DNA of 63,870 nt, filler included, from Malassezia furfur (GCA_052055015.1; 49 parts of 49 records of this genome joined end to end with filler, not necessarily neighbours in it); one strand, 5' to 3'; positions 1 to 12,119 are shown, numbered from the whole stretch's first letter. The notes: generated by a model from the letters alone, not told the origin. A program made the numbers and translations.

Positions 1-851
1 CCTGGGCGTCGGCGTCGGCGGCCGCCTGCGGGTCGGGCGCGTCGCCGGTGCCGTCGTCGTACGGCGGGAGCGTCTCGCCGCTCGCGAGGTACAGCGACAC
101 GCGCTGCCCGGTCGCGTCCGAGTACGGCCGCAGCACGGCCGTGTCCATGCGCACGTCGTCCTCGACGTCCGCGCGGCCGAGTGCCGTGGTGAAGCGCACG
201 ACGTGCATCGGCGTCGCCCACGTCTCGGGGTCCGGTAGCAGCTCGTACGCGTCGACAGCGTGCACGTCCGGTTTGCTGGGGTGCCGCAGCTCGGCGAGCG
301 GCGCGTTCGCCGCGGCAAAGCCTTCTTGGATGCGCGCGATCTGCGCGTCGCGCGAGGTGTCGAGCGGCTGTGCGCGCGTGCTGCGCTCGGCCTGGCGCTG
401 CTTGCGCTGCTCGGCGCCGAGGTACTCGGTGCGGCGCAGCCACGTCACGTCCGCGGGCTGCGCGGGTGCGGGCGCTGCGCCCTCAATCACGCCCGGCGCG
501 CGCGCTGCGACGTCGTCCGACAGCAGGAAGGCGTCGTCGTCGTGCAGCTGTGCCTCGTCGAGCGGGTACGACGTCGTCACGGCGCCGCGCGCGTCCGCGA
601 GCCACAGCGACTCCATGCGCGCGAGGTCGAGCGGCATGCCCGCCTCCGCGTCGACGGCGACGGGCAGCTGCTGCGACTCGGCGATGCGCTGTGCATACAC
701 GGGCGACGCGTAGTTGGCCTGCGGCGCTGGGATGTGCACGAGCTTGGGCGCATACGGCAGCTCCGGCAGCGGGTTGGGGTATCGCACGCGCTCCACGAGG
801 TCGCTGCGGGTGAGTGGTGCGCACGTACCGCTGCTTCCGGCGCGCTGCCAT
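1..851 (-). CDS. PAF1: RNA polymerase II-associated factor Paf1, 5' part; 25-nt intron at 804-828
   Basis: ATG at 851; splicing GTACGTGCGCACCACTCACCCGCAG gives MAARRKQRDLVERVRYPNPLPELPYAPKLVHIP, matching the Paf1 N-terminal R-Y-x-N-x-L-P...PK motif. Confidence 0.85.
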
Positions 852-872
852 CGTCGGGGTGGTCGTCGGATC

Positions 873-890
873 CAAGTCACGTGTTCGCGA
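873..890. promoter_or_regulatory. E-box (CAAGTCACGTG) plus TTCGCGA in a 56-nt bidirectional promoter
   Basis: Lies between divergent ATGs at 851 (-) and 908 (+); the same 11-mer occurs at 11450-11460. Confidence 0.5.
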
Positions 891-907
891 CGCACGGTCA
901 ACCGAGC

Positions 908-1259
908 ATGGCCGCGGCGCGTCCCGCGACGCAGGCGTACTTGTGTGCGCTGCTCGGGCGCCCACACACCGACCCCGGCGTGCGCGAGCCGGTACAGCAG
1001 ATCCTCGAGCAGCTCGAGCATGCGCCCGAGTCGGACGAGCGCGCGATGGACACGCTGCGGTCGACGCTCGGAGACACCATCCGCACCGCGCAGGGGCGCA
1101 CCATGGTACGTCGCGCGCGCGCTCACCGCAGAACGACACAGAACTCGACGCCGCGGTGCTTGCGCTCATGCTTCGCCACCGCGATGATACACAGATCGCC
1201 AGCCCGCGGCCTGCGCGCCGGCGAGTCGCGGGCGCCGCCGCCAGCCCCCGCACGGCCCC
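908..1259 (+). CDS. Hypothetical protein, N-terminus; candidate 26-nt intron 1106-1131
   Basis: ATG 908; GTACGT...CTCACCGCAG joins ...TAQGRTM to NDTELDAAVLALMLRH. Confidence 0.55.
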
Positions 1260-1359
1260 NNNNNNNNNNNNNNNNNNNNNNNNNNNNNNNNNNNNNNNNN
1301 NNNTTAATTAATTAANNNNNNNNNNNNNNNNNNNNNNNNNNNNNNNNNNNNNNNNNNNN
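1260..1359. other. Artificial contig linker N44-TTAATTAATTAA-N44 (first of 48 identical linkers)
   Basis: Identical 100-nt spacer between all contigs; six-frame stop sequence; contigs in descending length order. Confidence 0.99.
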
Positions 1360-2613
1360 GCATGGGCGGCCGCGAGCGCCGCGGCGTGCTCGGCGTTGGC
1401 CTGCTCGAGCGCACGGCGGTGCTCGGTGGCGTCGGCGGTGGCGTTGGCGTGGGCCGTGCGCAGCGCGTCGAGCTCGTCGGTGGCGGCGGTGTGCGCCGTG
1501 CGCAGGGCGCCGAGCTCGGTGGCGGTCTCGGCGTGCGCCTGCTGCACGGTGCCGAGCTCCTCGGTGGCCGAGGCGTGGGCTGCACGGAGGGTGCTCAGCT
1601 CCTCGGTGGCGGCGGTGTGCGCCGTACGGAGGGTGCCGAGCTCGTCGGTGGCGGCGGTGTGCGCNNNNNNNNNNNNNNNNNNNNNNNNNNNNNNNNNNNN
1701 NNNNNNNNNCGGCGGTGTGCGCCGTACGGAGGGTGCCGAGCTCGTCGGTGGCGGCGGTGTGCGCCGTACGGAGGGTGCCGAGCTCGTCGGTGGCGGCGGT
1801 GTGCGCTGCACGGAGGGTGTCCAGCTCGTCCAGGGCCTTGGCGTGCGCCACACGGACGGCGTCGAGCTCGTCGGTGGCTGAGGCATGCGCCGTGCGCACG
1901 GTGCCGAGCTCGGTGGCGGCCGCCGAGTGCGTCGCGCGGAGGGTGCTGAGCTCGTCGGTGGCCTCGGCGTGCGCTTGTTGGACCGTAGCGAGCTCGGTGG
2001 CGGCGTTTGCGTGCGCCGCACGGAGGGTGCTGAGCTCCTCGGTGGCCGCCGTGTGGGCCGCACGGAGGGTGCTGAGCTCGTCGGTGGCGTTTGCGTGCGC
2101 CGCACGGAGGGTGCTGAGCTCGTCCGTCGCCTCGGCGTGCGCCGAGCGGACGGTGCCGAGGTCGGCGGCGGCCTCGGCGTGCGTCGTGCGGAGCGTGCCG
2201 AGCTCCTCGGTGGCGACGGCATGCGCCGTGCGGAGCGTGCCGAGCTCGTCAGTGGCGTTGGCGTGTGCCGTACGGAGGGCGTCGAGCTCGTCGGTGGCCG
2301 CGGCATGCGCCGTGCGGAGGGCGTCGAGCGCCTCGGCCGCCTGCACGCGCGCCTGCTTCGCCTCGTCGAGCTCGGCGGTGGCGCGCGTCAGCGCCTGCTG
2401 CAGCGTCGCGCACTCTGCGGTGGCGTCGGCCTGCGCCTGCGTGAGCGCCGCCAGTCTGTCGGTGGCGTCGGCCTGCGCCGCACGCAGGCGCTCGAGCTCC
2501 TCGACCGCGCCGCTGTGCGCCTGCTTCGCGCCGTCGAGCTCGGCAGTGGTCGCCTCGTGCGCCTCGCGCAGCGCGTCCCGCTCGCGCACCACGCGGTGCA
2601 CCAGCTCCGCGTC
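1360..2613 (-). CDS. Long coiled-coil protein fragment with tandem 14-aa repeats
   Basis: Open frame of repeated AHAxATxELxTLRx units (double heptad); internal 45-N gap at 1665-1709. Confidence 0.75.
1455..2340. repeat. 42-bp coding tandem repeat
   Basis: Recurrent gccgtacggagggtgccgagctcgtcggtggcggcggtgtgc-like units at 42-nt period. Confidence 0.85.
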
Positions 2614-2715
2614 NNNNNNNNNNNNNNNNNNNNNNNNNNNNNNNNNNNNNNNNNNNNTTAATTAATTAANNNNNNNNNNNNNNNNNNNNNNNNNNNNNNN
2701 NNNNNNNNNNNNNGG

Positions 2716-3965
2716 CCGCTGCGCGCGAGCTTCGCGAGCAGCAGCACCACTTCGCTCGCCCTCAGTACGCCCGGTGCTAGCCCGCATAGCTCCGATAAGC
2801 CCGTGGCCACGCCAACGCCGTCGCTCGGCCTCCACCGCGCGGCAGGCACCGGCAACGTCGCGCTCGTGCTGTATGCTCTCGAGAATGGCCAAGCGCCCAA
2901 TGGCCTGCTAAACGGTGTCGCACCGCTGCATGTTGCCGCGTGTGTCGGCGATGTGGTCGCGACCCAGCTGCTCATCGCATTCGGCGCGGACGTGAACCAA
3001 CCCCGCGCCCGCTCACGGTCCAATCCCGCCCCTGGCGTCGAGGGCTCGACGCCGCTGCACTTTGCCGCAGCCAATGGGCACTATGCCGTGGTGTGTGTGC
3101 TGCTCGAGAACGGTGCGCGTCCCTCGCCGACGGACCGCGACGGACAGACGCCCGAATCGCTCGCGCGCGCGAATCACCATACAACGTGTGCGGATCTGGT
3201 GCGTCAGTGTGCCATGACGCACGGTGCACAGGGTCACATCGAGCGCGACAGTGTACGTGAAGCTGGCTATGCTGTGCAATGGGGCGACGAGGTCGTCGCA
3301 CCCGTCTCGCGCGAAAACTCGCCCGAAATCATCCGGCCCCCCCGTGAACGCACTGCGCTTGCCCCGCCCGTGCTGCCCAGCTACTGGACCAAGCCGGTGG
3401 CCGTCCCGCTGCACATCCGCACAGACGTGACCGAGACACCACAGAGAAGCAGCACTGCATCGCCCGCGCCCAGCGAAGTACGTTGGCGTGCGTCGCTGCC
3501 CCTGTTCCTCGAGAAGGCGACACACCCCGCATCGTCGCTGCGGGCGCTCTGGCCGCAGGGCAATGCGGCGCCCGCGATCCACCATTCGCGCGCCGCCGAC
3601 GACGCCGACGACCATGCATCGACGAGCGGGCTGCGTGTGCCGCGCATCAGCTCGCGCACGGGGCTGTCGAACCTGCTCAAGCGCGCGACCGGCACCGCTT
3701 CGTACCCACGCACGCCGGACGACAGCGTGTCGGCCGTTGCGCGCGACGACAGCGACTCATCGCGCTTCTCAGGCATCTTGTCACCCACCGCACTGCTCTC
3801 ACTCGTGAACCGGCGGTCACAGGAGAATTTGTCCACGGCGTCGTCGGCAGAGCGCAGCGAGTCGCCGGGGCCCTCGGCCTCCCCGGCGTCCGACACAGCG
3901 AGCGCGCGTGCGGCGCTGCGTGGGCGCGACGCCGGCGCGTCCCGGAGTGATGCCGCGCGGCTGCG
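2716..3965 (+). CDS. Ankyrin-repeat protein fragment with Ser-rich disordered tail
   Basis: GLHRAAGTGN, APLHVAACVGD...FGADVN, GSTPLHFAAANGH ankyrin motifs. Confidence 0.85.
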
Positions 3966-4065
3966 NNNNNNNNNNNNNNNNNNNNNNNNNNNNNNNNNNN
4001 NNNNNNNNNTTAATTAATTAANNNNNNNNNNNNNNNNNNNNNNNNNNNNNNNNNNNNNNNNNNNN

Positions 4066-5307
4066 AAACGACGCATACGCCGCCTGGAACGGGCTGCTGG
4101 CGCTCGGCTGCTCGAGCGCCATCCACGCGCCCGTCGGCATCGGCGCAAACGGATTCGCACCGGTCGCCTGCGGCGCCATGCCCCATCCCGTCGGCTGCGT
4201 GCCCTGGAACCAGTCGGGCTGCGCGTGGAAGCCTGCAAACGACGCATACGCCGCCTGGAACGGGCTGCTGGCGCTCGGCTGCTCGAGCGCCTCGAAAAAG
4301 TCTTGCAGCGCCTGCTGGCTTGCGTCCTTGGACGCCTTGGGCGCCTTGGGCGCCGCCTCGGGCGCCTTGGGCGCGGGCGCGTCGCGGGCGGCGTCGGGCG
4401 CCTTGCGCGGCGCGTCGGCCTTGGCGCGCTCGCGCGGCGGCTCGTCGTCGTCGGCGCCGTGCAGGTACTCTTCGAGGGCGCTTGCGAGCGACACGGGCGC
4501 ATGGTTCAGCGACGGAATGGCGGCGCGCAGGCGGTACGAGAGGCGGCGGGCCGCGTCGAGGAACGCGACGACCTTTTCGGTCTGCCAGCAGAAGCGCTTG
4601 TACAGGTCGAGGGAGCGCTCGGCGTCGCGGCGGCTCATGTCAAAGTAGTGCTCGAGCATGTTGATGATGCCCTCGTTCATGCCCATGTAGTGCGTGAGCA
4701 AGTCCTTGAGCGTCATCTGCAGCGCGGACATGGTCAGGTCGTCCTGCTTGCTCTCGGCAAAGAACTGCATTAGTACGGCGACGCACCGAGCAGGCGAGCA
4801 GCGCGTCGGTCAGGCGCTGGAGCGCGGCGATTTCGCGCAGGAGGCCCTTGGAGACGCTCATCTTGCGCAGGCGCGCGAAGCGGTCGCGCCGGCTCGCCTG
4901 CACGAGGTCGTACCCGAGCTCCTTGAAGGTGGTGATGCGCTGCTCGAGGTAGGTCGCATAGCGCGCCAGCGTGCTCGAGTACGTCGACTCGTGCAGGCCG
5001 CCGGTCGCGACGCGCTGCAGGCGCAGCGCGCTGGGGTCGCCCGCGAGGTACGACAGCACGACGACGGACGCGTCCGAGCGGATCAGCGTGTGCACCACGA
5101 GCAGCGTCTTGAACGCGACCTGCGTCAGCGCGCGGCACCTACCGTGCTGTTGGGGTCCTGCAGCCGGTACGACAGCGCGCGGAACACGTCCTGCAGCGCG
5201 CCGTCGCGCCCCTGGGCCGCCGCAAGGATCGGCTCCATGTACTTGGGCTTCGGCAGCTCCGGCTTCGGCTTCGTCGCGCCCTTGACGAGCTTGTCGTACT
5301 GCGACAT
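4066..5307 (-). CDS. ANTH-domain clathrin adaptor (AP180/CALM/Yap180 family); introns 5120-5142 (23 nt) and 4765-4786 (22 nt)
   Basis: KLVKGATKPK..PKPKY, spliced NSTVAFKTLLVVH, NEGIINMLEHYFDMS, NPF motif. Confidence 0.9.
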
Positions 5308-5414
5308 GGCGGCGNNNNNNNNNNNNNNNNNNNNNNNNNNNNNNNNNNNNNNNNNNNNTTAATTAATTAANNNNNNNNNNNNNNNNNNNNNNNNNNNNNN
5401 NNNNNNNNNNNNNN

Positions 5415-6658
5415 GGAGGCCCTGCGAGGGCGCCTCGGCAAACTCGCCGTGCACCGTAATGTACAAGAGTGCGTCGGGCTGCTCGTTCGCGGCGGTAAAC
5501 GCGTGCACGTCGACGTTGGGGAGGACCCAGGCGTCCACGACAAACTTGGACGCGTCGTGGAGCGGGTGGGTGGTTTTGGGCAGGCGCTGCAGGAACGCGA
5601 CGATCGCCGACGCGCCGTGGTGCAGGTTGCGCAGCAGCGCTTTGGTGTTGTGGGAGCGGAGGATGTTGCGCGAGCCGAGGTCGATGTAGCGGTCGAGCAC
5701 GAGCTCCTTTTGGTGCGGCATCGTGTGCATCAGGCGCTCGGCGCGTGCGCGCGGCGGCGGGCTGCTGTTCAGCGCAAAGGAGAAGCGCGCATTCGCGCTG
5801 TACACCGGCGCGAGCTGCGCGCGGTCCTGGTCGTAGCGTGCAAAGTAGCTCGACAGGAACTCGGGCACGACCTGCGCCGCGTCCCCGTCCACAAAGCCCG
5901 CCTTGAGCTGCAGCGGGAAGTTGCGCAGCGGCACCTGTGCGGCCTCGGGCCCCGCCTTCTTGGCGCTGCGCCCGCGGAACAGCTGCGAGAAGCCGTGCTC
6001 CACATCGCTCACCGGCCGCCGGTCGAGGATGCGCAGCGACGGGAATTTGGCGAGCACGTCGCGGCGGTAGCCGTCCGTGTTGCCCGCGTCGACGGCGCTC
6101 TGCTCCATGGGATTGCCGACGAGCAGCAGCTCGGTGAGCGCATGCAGGCCGTGCCGCTTGGACGCGAGCACATCCAGGTCGCGCACCCAGCGCAGCTCGT
6201 TGCGCTCGAGCGACAGGTTCGCGAGCTTCGGCAGGTACTGCCCGAGGGTCGTGAGGGACTGCAGCGAGGTCAGCGCGTTGTTCGCGAGCGAGAGCGTGGT
6301 GAGGTTGGGGAACATTTCGCTGCTCAGCTTCCATATCGCGGTGCCGAGGTCCTTGTGTGCGCCGGGCGCGCCGGGCGGCTTGATGTTGGCCTCGGCAAGC
6401 ACCGTGTCCTGCTGCATGTTCTCGAGGTTGAGCAGCCCCGAGGCGGCGTCGAAGCGCTGCTGCAGAAAGGTGCGCAGCGTCTGCACGACGTTGGTCTGCG
6501 GCTTGACGTCGGCGGTCGCGCTGCCGCCCGCAACACGCTCCGCGAGCGGCTTGGAATTCGCGCGCTGGTTCGCGGGGCGTGCGACGTTGTTGATGTTGAC
6601 GCTGCGCCGTGCCGCCGCCGGGCGCTTGCCGAGCGGGTCGGCGGCCTCGCGCGCGAGG
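5415..6658 (-). CDS. MEX67: mRNA export factor Mex67/NXF1 fragment (LRR + NTF2-like)
   Basis: LTTLSLANNAL, LANLSLERNEL, ELLLVGNP LRRs followed by FLSSYFARYDQDR..L..VYS and ITVHGEFAE. Confidence 0.88.
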
Positions 6659-6758
6659 NNNNNNNNNNNNNNNNNNNNNNNNNNNNNNNNNNNNNNNNNN
6701 NNTTAATTAATTAANNNNNNNNNNNNNNNNNNNNNNNNNNNNNNNNNNNNNNNNNNNN

Positions 6759-7157
6759 CGACTCGGTGGCGGGCGCCGTCGTCGGCTCCGCAGGCGCGGC
6801 GGCAGGCGCCGTCGTCGGCTCCGCGGCAGGCTCCGTCTTGGGCTCCGCAGCGGCCTCTGTCGTGGGCTCCGCCTTGGGCTCCGCAGCGGTCTCCGTCTTG
6901 GGCTCCGCACCGGCCTCCGTCTTGGGCTCCACAGCGTCCTCCGCCGCCTTGGGCCCCGCCTGCGGCGCGGGCTCCTCCGCCTGCGGCACAGATTCCCCCG
7001 CCTTCGGCACAGACTCCCCCGCGGGCTCCCCATTCACCTCCACCTTGGGCTCCACCGCCGCCGGCGCCGTCGCCGCCGACCCCCCGCTCGGCGCATCCCC
7101 GGCGGGCGCCGTCACGCCTTGTGCAGGCGCGCGCGCCTCGTGTTCCATCTCGGCCAT
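6759..7157 (-). CDS. Hypothetical protein N-terminus, Ala/Glu/Pro-rich with AEPKTE repeats
   Basis: ATG 7157; repeated AEPK(T/A)E units; divergent from the zinc-finger gene. Confidence 0.55.
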
Positions 7158-7413
7158 GTTACGACTGACAACGTCAGCACCCGTCGTGGCCTCCACGCAC
7201 ACACCTACCTGCAGGATCGCCGGTCTGCAGGGCGAGCGCGTCTTTGGGACCAAAACGCGCGTGCGCGCTCGGCACGCGCTTTTTTATAGTTGAAGCCCGT
7301 TTGCAGCGCTGTGAAATTCCCACCAATCTGCGTGCGGCCCGCGGGGCGACGCGGTGCGTGGTGCAGCTACATCACGTGCACCGCGGCATGCGGCCGCCCG
7401 CCACATCGACCCG

Positions 7414-8001
7414 ATGGCCAAGAAGAAGAAGGCGCCGCAGCTCGACGCGTGGTGCTGGTACTGCGACCGCGAGTTTGAGGATGAAAAGGGTACGTGGTAC
7501 AGCGCCCAGACACGACTCACACCCAGTGCTCATCCAGCACCAAAAAGCGCGGCACTTCAAGTGCCATCTGTGCCCGCGCCGGCTGAACACGGCCGGCGGC
7601 CTCGCCGTGCACCTCGGGCAGGTGCACAAGGCCGAACCGACGGCGTACGTATGCCTGCGCGCGCATCCGTGCGACTCACACAGCCTCGAAAACACGCTCC
7701 CCGGCCGCTCGTCGTTCGAGATCGAAATCTACGGCATGGTCGGCGTCCCGGAGCCCGATCTGCGCGAGTGGATGGCGCGCAAGGGCGCTCGTCAGGCACA
7801 GCAGAACCCCCAGACACAGCAGCACGCGCCCAAGCGGCCCCGGATCGACAAGACGCCCCTCACCGCCGAGCAGCTGCGCGCCCAGCTCGAGGCACACAAG
7901 GCGCTCATGCAGGGCCTCGCGCCCAGTACGCCGTACGCACCTCCACCTGGCGCCGCGCCGGGCGTCGTCCCCGCGCCGCCGCCCCCCGTCGCGGGCGCAG
8001 G
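7414..8001 (+). CDS. ZNF207/BuGZ-like C2H2 zinc-finger protein; introns 7490-7526 (37 nt) and 7645-7683 (39 nt)
   Basis: Spliced [27 protein letters not shown]...[14 protein letters not shown] and EIYGMVGVP. Confidence 0.9.
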
Positions 8002-8101
8002 NNNNNNNNNNNNNNNNNNNNNNNNNNNNNNNNNNNNNNNNNNNNTTAATTAATTAANNNNNNNNNNNNNNNNNNNNNNNNNNNNNNNNNNNNNNNNNNN
8101 N

Positions 8102-9279
8102 GCTGGCGCCGGCGCATGCGCCGCGTCGTCCTCGGCCATCGGCTCGGCGCCGTGCGGCGCCGCGAGCGTTTCGCGCTGCACGGCAGGCAGGATGGACCAC
8201 ACGCCGTCGAGCAGTGCCTTGCGCCGCTGCCGCAGGCGCGCCGCCTCGGCCGTATGGTGGAAGGCGTGCGTCCGCTCGCGCTGCGCCGCGCGGCGGTCGA
8301 GGTGGAGGGCGTCGGCGTAGCGCCCCTCGTGCACCCACTTGAGCAGCAGCGTGTCGACGACAACGGCGGCGTCGCGCGGCGATGTGTGCCCGGGCGCAAG
8401 GGCGTACGCCTGGATGCGCTCCTCCTCGTCGGCGTGCAGCGGCAGCGCGAGGAGCGCCTGGATCGCCGCGCGGTTCGGCGGCGCAAAGCAGTGCTGCAGC
8501 AGGACGCGGTACAGCGCGTCGTGCATGTACGTCGCGTCCGGCTGCGCCGCGATCCACGCACGGCACGCGTGCCATGCGGCGCCGATGCCACGGACGTGCG
8601 CAAGCGCCTCGACAAGCAGGCGCAGCTGCACGAGCGCCGTGTCGCTCGGCGCGGCGCCCGCCGACGCGGGGAGCGAGCCCTGCACGTCGTACAGCTCAAG
8701 CAGCAGCGATGCGTGCTGCTTGTCCTGCCCAAGCATCTCGGCGACGATGGGAAGCAGCGTTGCGCCGCGCAGCTGGCAGACGGCGGACGCAAACGCGCCG
8801 TGGTCCGCGGCCCAGTACCCGTCCATCTCGGTGCGCAGGTGCGGCGCAACGGGCAAAGCGTCGGCGAGCGCGTCGGCGCGCGGCGTGCGGGCGTCGGTGC
8901 GCGCGCCGGCGGCGTCGGACGCGCGCGTCTCGACGTGGTCAAACTCGAGCGCAAGGTAGTAGATCAGCGCGTGTTTCTGCGGCGCGTCCAGCGACGACGT
9001 GAGGATCGCGACGAGCAGAACATATGTCTCGGACGGTGCGGCGGGCGGGAAGAGCGTGCCTGGGTGAGCACGCGACGTACGCTCGATCCCGGCCTCGATC
9101 AACAGCCGGTCAAACAGCAGCTTGCGGTCGACGCCGCGCTTGCGCCGCTGCGCGACGTCGGCGGCATACGCCTCGCTCCATACGGCCGGGTCCGTGTCGG
9201 TCGCAGGCGACAGGTACGTCTGCAGCAGCACGTCCGCATACGCTTCGGGCGACCAGGGCGCCGGTTGCAGTGCGGCCAT
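8102..9279 (-). CDS. ELYS-domain nuclear pore assembly protein, 5' part; candidate in-frame 21-nt intron 9060-9080
   Basis: LLFDRLL..AGI...LFPP, KHALIYYL, MDGYWAADH, LLALPLHADEEERI resemble the fungal ELYS domain. Confidence 0.7.
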
Positions 9280-9445
9280 GGTGGGCGGCCCTCACGTGCT
9301 GACCCAGCCTCCACAGCAACGGGCGCGCCGCACAGGGCGGGGGNNNNNNNNNNNNNNNNNNNNNNNNNNNNNNNNNNNNNNNNNNNNTTAATTAATTAAN
9401 NNNNNNNNNNNNNNNNNNNNNNNNNNNNNNNNNNNNNNNNNNNCA

Positions 9446-10682
9446 CGCAGCGACGCCGGCTGGTCGCGCAAGGACCGCCGCGCGGCGCGCAAGTATGCGC
9501 GCGACGACCGGCGCTACTTTGACTACGACCGCACGGATGCGCCGCCGGGCAGCAGTGCCGCACCGGCGTTTGTGCCGCCGTACGAACGCGACGCGCGGCT
9601 GGCGCCGCCGTACGGCGCACCCGAGGATGCCGCACACGGCGCGCCACGCCCGCACCTGCCGTACGGCGACGCAGAGGCGCACGAGCGGAAACCCCGCGTG
9701 CGCTCGCGCTGGGACGTCGGCCCAAGAGACGCGGTACCTGTGCCAGGTCCGCCGCCGCCGCCGCCGCCGCCCGTCGTGGAGCCGCGTGCAGCGCCGGCAG
9801 CAGTGAAGCACGAAGATGCCGAGGCAATGGACATCGATGCGGCGCCTGCCCAGCCGCTCAAGAGCGCCGAGGCGACCTTGCATGCTGCCCCCACGTCGCG
9901 GGACGACCGTGCCGGGCAGACCGAGGGAGAGGCGCCGATGGACGTCGTGCACGAGGCGCCTGTGCCGCCGTCCATGCCGCCCGCGCCGCCTGCGCCTGCG
10001 GAGCCGGCCGAGGCAGCCGAGCCTAAGGAGGCCAAGGCGTCTGAGCCCGAGGCGCCTCGGACCCAGTCGGCTATGGAGGGTGTGCCGCCTGCCCCGCTGC
10101 ATAGGCCGCATGTGCCACCCGATGTGCGGCCGCCGCCGCCGCCACAAGACGAGAGCAAGCCGCTGGCACCGCCGCAGGCGCCGCAAGAGGCCGCCGCGTC
10201 GGTGTCTGGCGAGGACGAAGCAATGCGTGAGACGGCGCCCGGCAAGGACGAAGCAATGCGCGAGACGGCGGCCGACGAAGCGATGCGCTCGGCGCCTGAC
10301 AAGGACGAAGCAGTGCACGCACCGGCGCCCAGCGAAGGCGAAGCAGTGCGTGCGTCGGCAGCCGACGAGGCGATGCCCCCTGCCGACGACCGCGCACGCC
10401 CGCCGCAAGCATCCGCGCCGGCAGAGCCCGTAGCCGGCGGAGCGACCCCCTCGGCGGTGGCTTCGGCGGCCGGTGTGCCGGCTGCCTCTGCGGCGCCCGT
10501 AGCCGGCGGAGTGACACCCCCGGCGGCGGCCTCGGCGGCGCCGCTGAGCCGCTCGCTGCGCCCGATCGGCATGCTCGACGAAGAGATGATGGAGCAGGCG
10601 ATCCTCGCGACGGAGCGCACGCTGCATGCGGCGGAGCGTGCGGCAGGCGGCGCGGCGAGCCCCGAGGCGGCGCGGCGGCCGT
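9446..10682 (+). CDS. Pro/Ala/Glu-rich disordered protein fragment with DEAMRETA repeats
   Basis: Frame open across the contig; no recognisable domain. Confidence 0.55.
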
Positions 10683-10782
10683 NNNNNNNNNNNNNNNNNN
10701 NNNNNNNNNNNNNNNNNNNNNNNNNNTTAATTAATTAANNNNNNNNNNNNNNNNNNNNNNNNNNNNNNNNNNNNNNNNNNNN

Positions 10783-11428
10783 CGTCGTCCGCGTCGGCGT
10801 CCTGCGCGCGGCGGCCCTGCTGGAGCGCCATGCCGCCCGCGTACGTCGCGAACGCGGGGCACGCGAGCCCCGTGAGGCTCGCGCCCATGCCGACCAGGCA
10901 GCTACGGACGTGGTGCGGCGACACGCGCCGGCGCGCGTCAAAGAACGGGAGGAAGCGGAGCAGCGCGGCGCGCGGCGGGCGCGCGGCGGGGTCCGGGTCC
11001 TCGAACAGGATGCGCTGGCACCGGTTGTACACGCGCTGGCAGGTGCGGAACGCGGGTGCGGTGGGGTCGTGCGCGAGGTCCGCGAGCTGCGCCTGGACGT
11101 ACCAGAGGGTGATCAGGGCGAGGTGCACGTCCTCCTCGCAGCGGCGTAGCAGGAAGCTCTCGAGCGCGCGCGACTCGGACGGGCGCGTGACGAGCAGGTG
11201 GCTGGGTGAGCGGCGGCGGCGCGGCGCACGCACCAGTACTGCGGCCAGTAGAACTCGACGTCGTCCGGCGGGAAGTCGTCGGCGAGCTTGGCGATGAGGT
11301 AGTACGTGATCCCGATGTAGTCCGCATACGTGCTGAGGCTGCGTGTCAGCGCGCACCACCTACTAGCTCAGCGCGAGGTGCGGCGAAAAGTAGTCGCTGT
11401 TGAACAGGCGCAGCAGCAGACTCGCCAC
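10783..11428 (-). CDS. PIK1: Phosphatidylinositol 4-kinase Pik1 (PI4KB), N-terminus; introns 11339-11363 (25 nt) and 11202-11233 (32 nt); GTG at the expected start
   Basis: Spliced ASLLLRLFNSDYFSPHLALSYLSTYADYIGITYYL...VEFYWPQYCHLLVTRPSESRALESFLL. Confidence 0.85.
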
Positions 11429-11449
11429 GCGCCGCGCCGGGCGCCTTGG

Positions 11450-11460
11450 CACGTGACTTG
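11450..11460 (-). promoter_or_regulatory. E-box CAAGTCACGTG in the 53-nt PIK1/TRA1 divergent gap
   Basis: Exact match to 873-883. Confidence 0.5.
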
Positions 11461-11481
11461 CTTCCGTCCGCGACGACGGCG

Positions 11482-12019
11482 ATGGCGAGCGAGGGGACGC
11501 GCAGTGCGCCGCCGCCCGACGCCGCGGCGTACGCGCGGCGGCTCGCCGATCCCGCGCTGGATCTGCGGGCGAAGGCCGCGGTCGTCCACGAGGTGCGCGA
11601 GATGACCGAGGTGTTCGTCAACGTGGACTATGCGCACTTTCTCCATACGCTCCTCCCCGTGCAGATGGAGCTGCTGGAGCGCACGCCGTGCGCGTTTGTC
11701 TCGGACGCGCCCGAGCAGCGCCTGCGGCACGCGCTGATCGAGACCATCTACCGCTACCCGCAGCACGACGCGGTGCGCACGCACGCCGAGCGCCTCATGC
11801 AGGTGATGCTGCGCGCGGTGCAGGAGGACAACGAGGACAACGCCACGGTCGCCTTCAAGGTGATCATCGACCTGCACCGCTCGTTCAAGAGCGTGCTGCA
11901 GCCGCAGGTGCAGCCGTTCCTCGAGCTCGTGCAGCAGCTCTACCTGCACATGCGCACGGCGGTCGCCGAGGCCTTTGGCACGGAGCGCACGACGGGCGCG
12001 GCGGCCGCCTCGCCCCCGG
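11482..12019 (+). CDS. TRA1: Tra1/TRRAP (SAGA/NuA4 subunit), N-terminus
   Basis: EQRLRHALIETIYR and EDNEDNATVAFKVIIDLHRSFK match Tra1 N-terminal HEAT repeats. Confidence 0.88.
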
Positions 12020-12119
12020 NNNNNNNNNNNNNNNNNNNNNNNNNNNNNNNNNNNNNNNNNNNNTTAATTAATTAANNNNNNNNNNNNNNNNNNNNNNNNN
12101 NNNNNNNNNNNNNNNNNNN

